From Bispira polyomma (taxonomy: Eukaryota), in NCBI GenBank assembly GCA_965649765.1, contig OZ287756.1, positions 32,426,001 through 32,490,000 of the forward strand: DNA of 64,000 nucleotides, written 5' to 3'. Shown here in pieces: positions 61,700-64,000 of this stretch (the stretch's first letter is position 1; each line of letters opens with the position of its first letter). A model generated the notes under the pieces. The model made no database searches and was not told the origin of the DNA. It saw nothing but the letters and a program-made list of their open reading frames with translations. Made by a program: the position numbers and the translations under genes.

Positions 61700-64000
61700 A
61701 ACTGCCACGAAGTAGCATGGCTAGTCAGCCGTGGAAATGCTATAGTTTACTGTACTTCTATTTTCAAACTACTTGCTTATCACAGTCACTCTTCACCCCA
61801 ACGCTGCATTCAGATAACACTGCCTCCACTCCCCTCGGCGTTTCCCGCCTTTCTTATACTCTCACTGATAAGTCAGAAGACAAATCCTTCTTACTCTCCC
61901 CAGCCCTTTGGCGGTGCATTCAGATAACACACTCCCCACTCTCCTCGGCGTTTTCCCGCCTTTCTTATACTCTCACTGATAAGTCAGAAGACAAATCCTT
62001 CTTACTCTCCCCAGCGCTTTGGCGCCCTTTCTAGGATAAGCTCATTATTAAGTCAGAAATCAAACTAACAACATCAAAAATCTTAAGTTTTCAGTGGCCA
62101 TATTGGAAATTTTTATACATTATCACTAAAAATCCAATTGCCTGCTTAAGTGTTTATTATTTTACAAAATTACAACAAGTTTCACACAGAGGATAATATT
62201 GTGCATTTTTTCAGCTAATTTGTGTGGATATTACTTAAAAATGGGTAGAGGTAAAAAACAAAACTCTATTAAAACAGCTTCATGTACTAGATGTGAAATC
62301 TTTCACACACGACCAGTAGGAAATCGCTGCAAATGAACCACAGACACAAGAGATGATGAGCCTAGCTTTAACAGTGATGATCAAAGCAGTATTTCTGCTG
62401 TAAGTGGCCAAGTTAGCAGTGAAAAATTCTATCATAAGGCATACTCCACACAGTAGAATATGATGGAAACCCTGTTATCTACAGTCTCCAAGCTACAGGA
62501 AGACGTCTCAGACCTCAAATCTAGTAAGTTGGAGACCAACCGTGTGTTGCCTCATAACGCACCCCGTAATCCTCACACTTCACTAGGACTTCATGACAGT
62601 CAGAGAGATCACACTGCCAGTGCGTTCACAACACTTCCTCTCGCTACAGATTCTCCCTCACGTCACCTCACTAGTTCACAGAGCCGGTATGATCACGAAG
62701 CCACTCAACGAGTTTTCGAAGATACCATTCTCCCGACTCCCGAAGTTCTGAAGCAATCGTCCCTCATACAGAATGAGGTCTCCCAACGACTAGCGAGATA
62801 TGAAGCCTGGGCAACAGATGAGAGTATTCAAGGTAAGCTCACTACCAAGCGAAAGTCTGGGCGTTATAATACCTCTGAGTTATGTGTATCTGACCCCATG
62901 AAGCGGTGGCCGAACGAGGCCTGCTTATCTGGTGTTAGCAAAAAGCGTGTCTCTTTTGATGAATTGTCAGTTTCTCAGTTCGCTGCTGGCCAGATCCAAA
63001 ATATTCTTGAGGTTAAGCACCCTGAGATTTCACGAGCCATGCTCTCCCAACTAGCAGACACCCTCAAAGATGCCTCCAACATCTCCTGGGAGGTTGCTCG
63101 TGGAGCATATGCCAGTAATATGCATGATATTGAAGAGGGTCGTTTGAGTTGGACCAATGACACAAAATGGAACATGAATCGGCTTTATTACTCTCAAGCC
63201 CTCATATCCAGTACCACCACACCTTCGACCAGTTCGTTGTCTGCTTCATCTTCAAACAAAAATGAAATGCCTTGCAGGCGTTACCAAAAAAATGATTGCC
63301 AACACCAGAAAGATCACGAGGGCAATAACATTACATTTCGACATATCTGTGCCAACTGTTTCCTGCTCAACAAGAGAATGAACCCACATCCCGAGTCGAA
63401 ATGCTTAAAAAAAGTTACACGGCCGCCCAACGGCACCTGCGAACGCCCCTCAATAGGGACTCGGACTGCCAGCAGACACCACAGCTACTCGCCTTAAGTT
63501 CACCTCCGATGTCGTTATTAACCATTGTGTGCTGCCAGGAAGTTGTGGCTTAACCAGTGGTTCTAATAAGCCAATTTGTAAAAATAAAAACAGTTTTCAG
63601 TATGATTTCTTAAATAATTTTAGTTGTCCACTCAATGAGTCAATTATTCCATTGAGTTATATTGATGCCAGTAAGACATCCCAAGCATTACCTGCCAGTG
63701 TTTCCTTTAATGACTTATGTTTGCAAGACTTGCCTGTTAAATTGAACGTTATGAACTCTGTTCAGTGTGATAATTATGGTCAAAAACCATCAGCTGTCTT
63801 TCATACAGTAGACGTTTATGTTAGCACCAATAATTTTAAGTCTGATTGTCTAACTTATTGCTATATCGTTTGTCATGATGAGTCATGTATTTCAGGTGTA
63901 TACAAATGGACTTATGGTTTAAATATGTGGTACTTACAACAAACCCCTTACATTCTGGATCACATATGGCCATTATCCTATGTGAACACCACTTGTGCCA
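61700..64000 (+). mobile_element. YR retrotransposon E6 (5' part: leader, gag 62241-63497, start of ORF2); closest to E5
   Basis: gag strongly similar to E5 (KSGRYNTSELCVSDPMKRWPNE; CRRYQKNDC..HICANC..HPESKC); stops at 62334 and 62454; ~110-bp tandem duplication 61805-62025 in the leader; left boundary approximate. Confidence 0.88.

Overview
AT-rich metazoan genomic DNA with spliced genes; the SINE and HINE-like repeats suggest a marine invertebrate, probably a lophotrochozoan (inference). Host genes: the last three exons of an unidentified + strand gene (1757-3700), an intronless sulfotransferase-fold ORF (5061-6362, -), a 9-exon CHST15/GalNAc4S-6ST-like gene (35949-44029, +) with an in-frame TAG in its stem exon, and the stem exon of a second CHST15-like paralog (59716-60123). 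About 25 kb (7.96-32.8 kb) is almost entirely decayed, nested tyrosine-recombinase (YR) retrotransposons of the Ngaro type (gag, RT/RNaseH, YR; no methyltransferase; split direct repeats A1..B1A2..B2), with another copy starting at ~61.7 kb. Comparing these diverged copies shows several shared features: a phase-1 splice donor in mid-gag with a phase-matched acceptor just before the ATG-less YR domain (predicting a spliced Gag-N/YR fusion), an N-terminal gag zinc knuckle, an unrecognised Cys/Trp domain ahead of RT, and conserved leader motifs. The right half has a tRNA-derived SINE family (with TSDs and a SINE-in-SINE insertion), two Harbinger-like MITEs, a Helentron-like HINE carrying an endonuclease remnant, an L2/CR1 fragment, and a recent 2.1-kb tandem duplication/partial triplication next to a 189-bp-arm palindrome.
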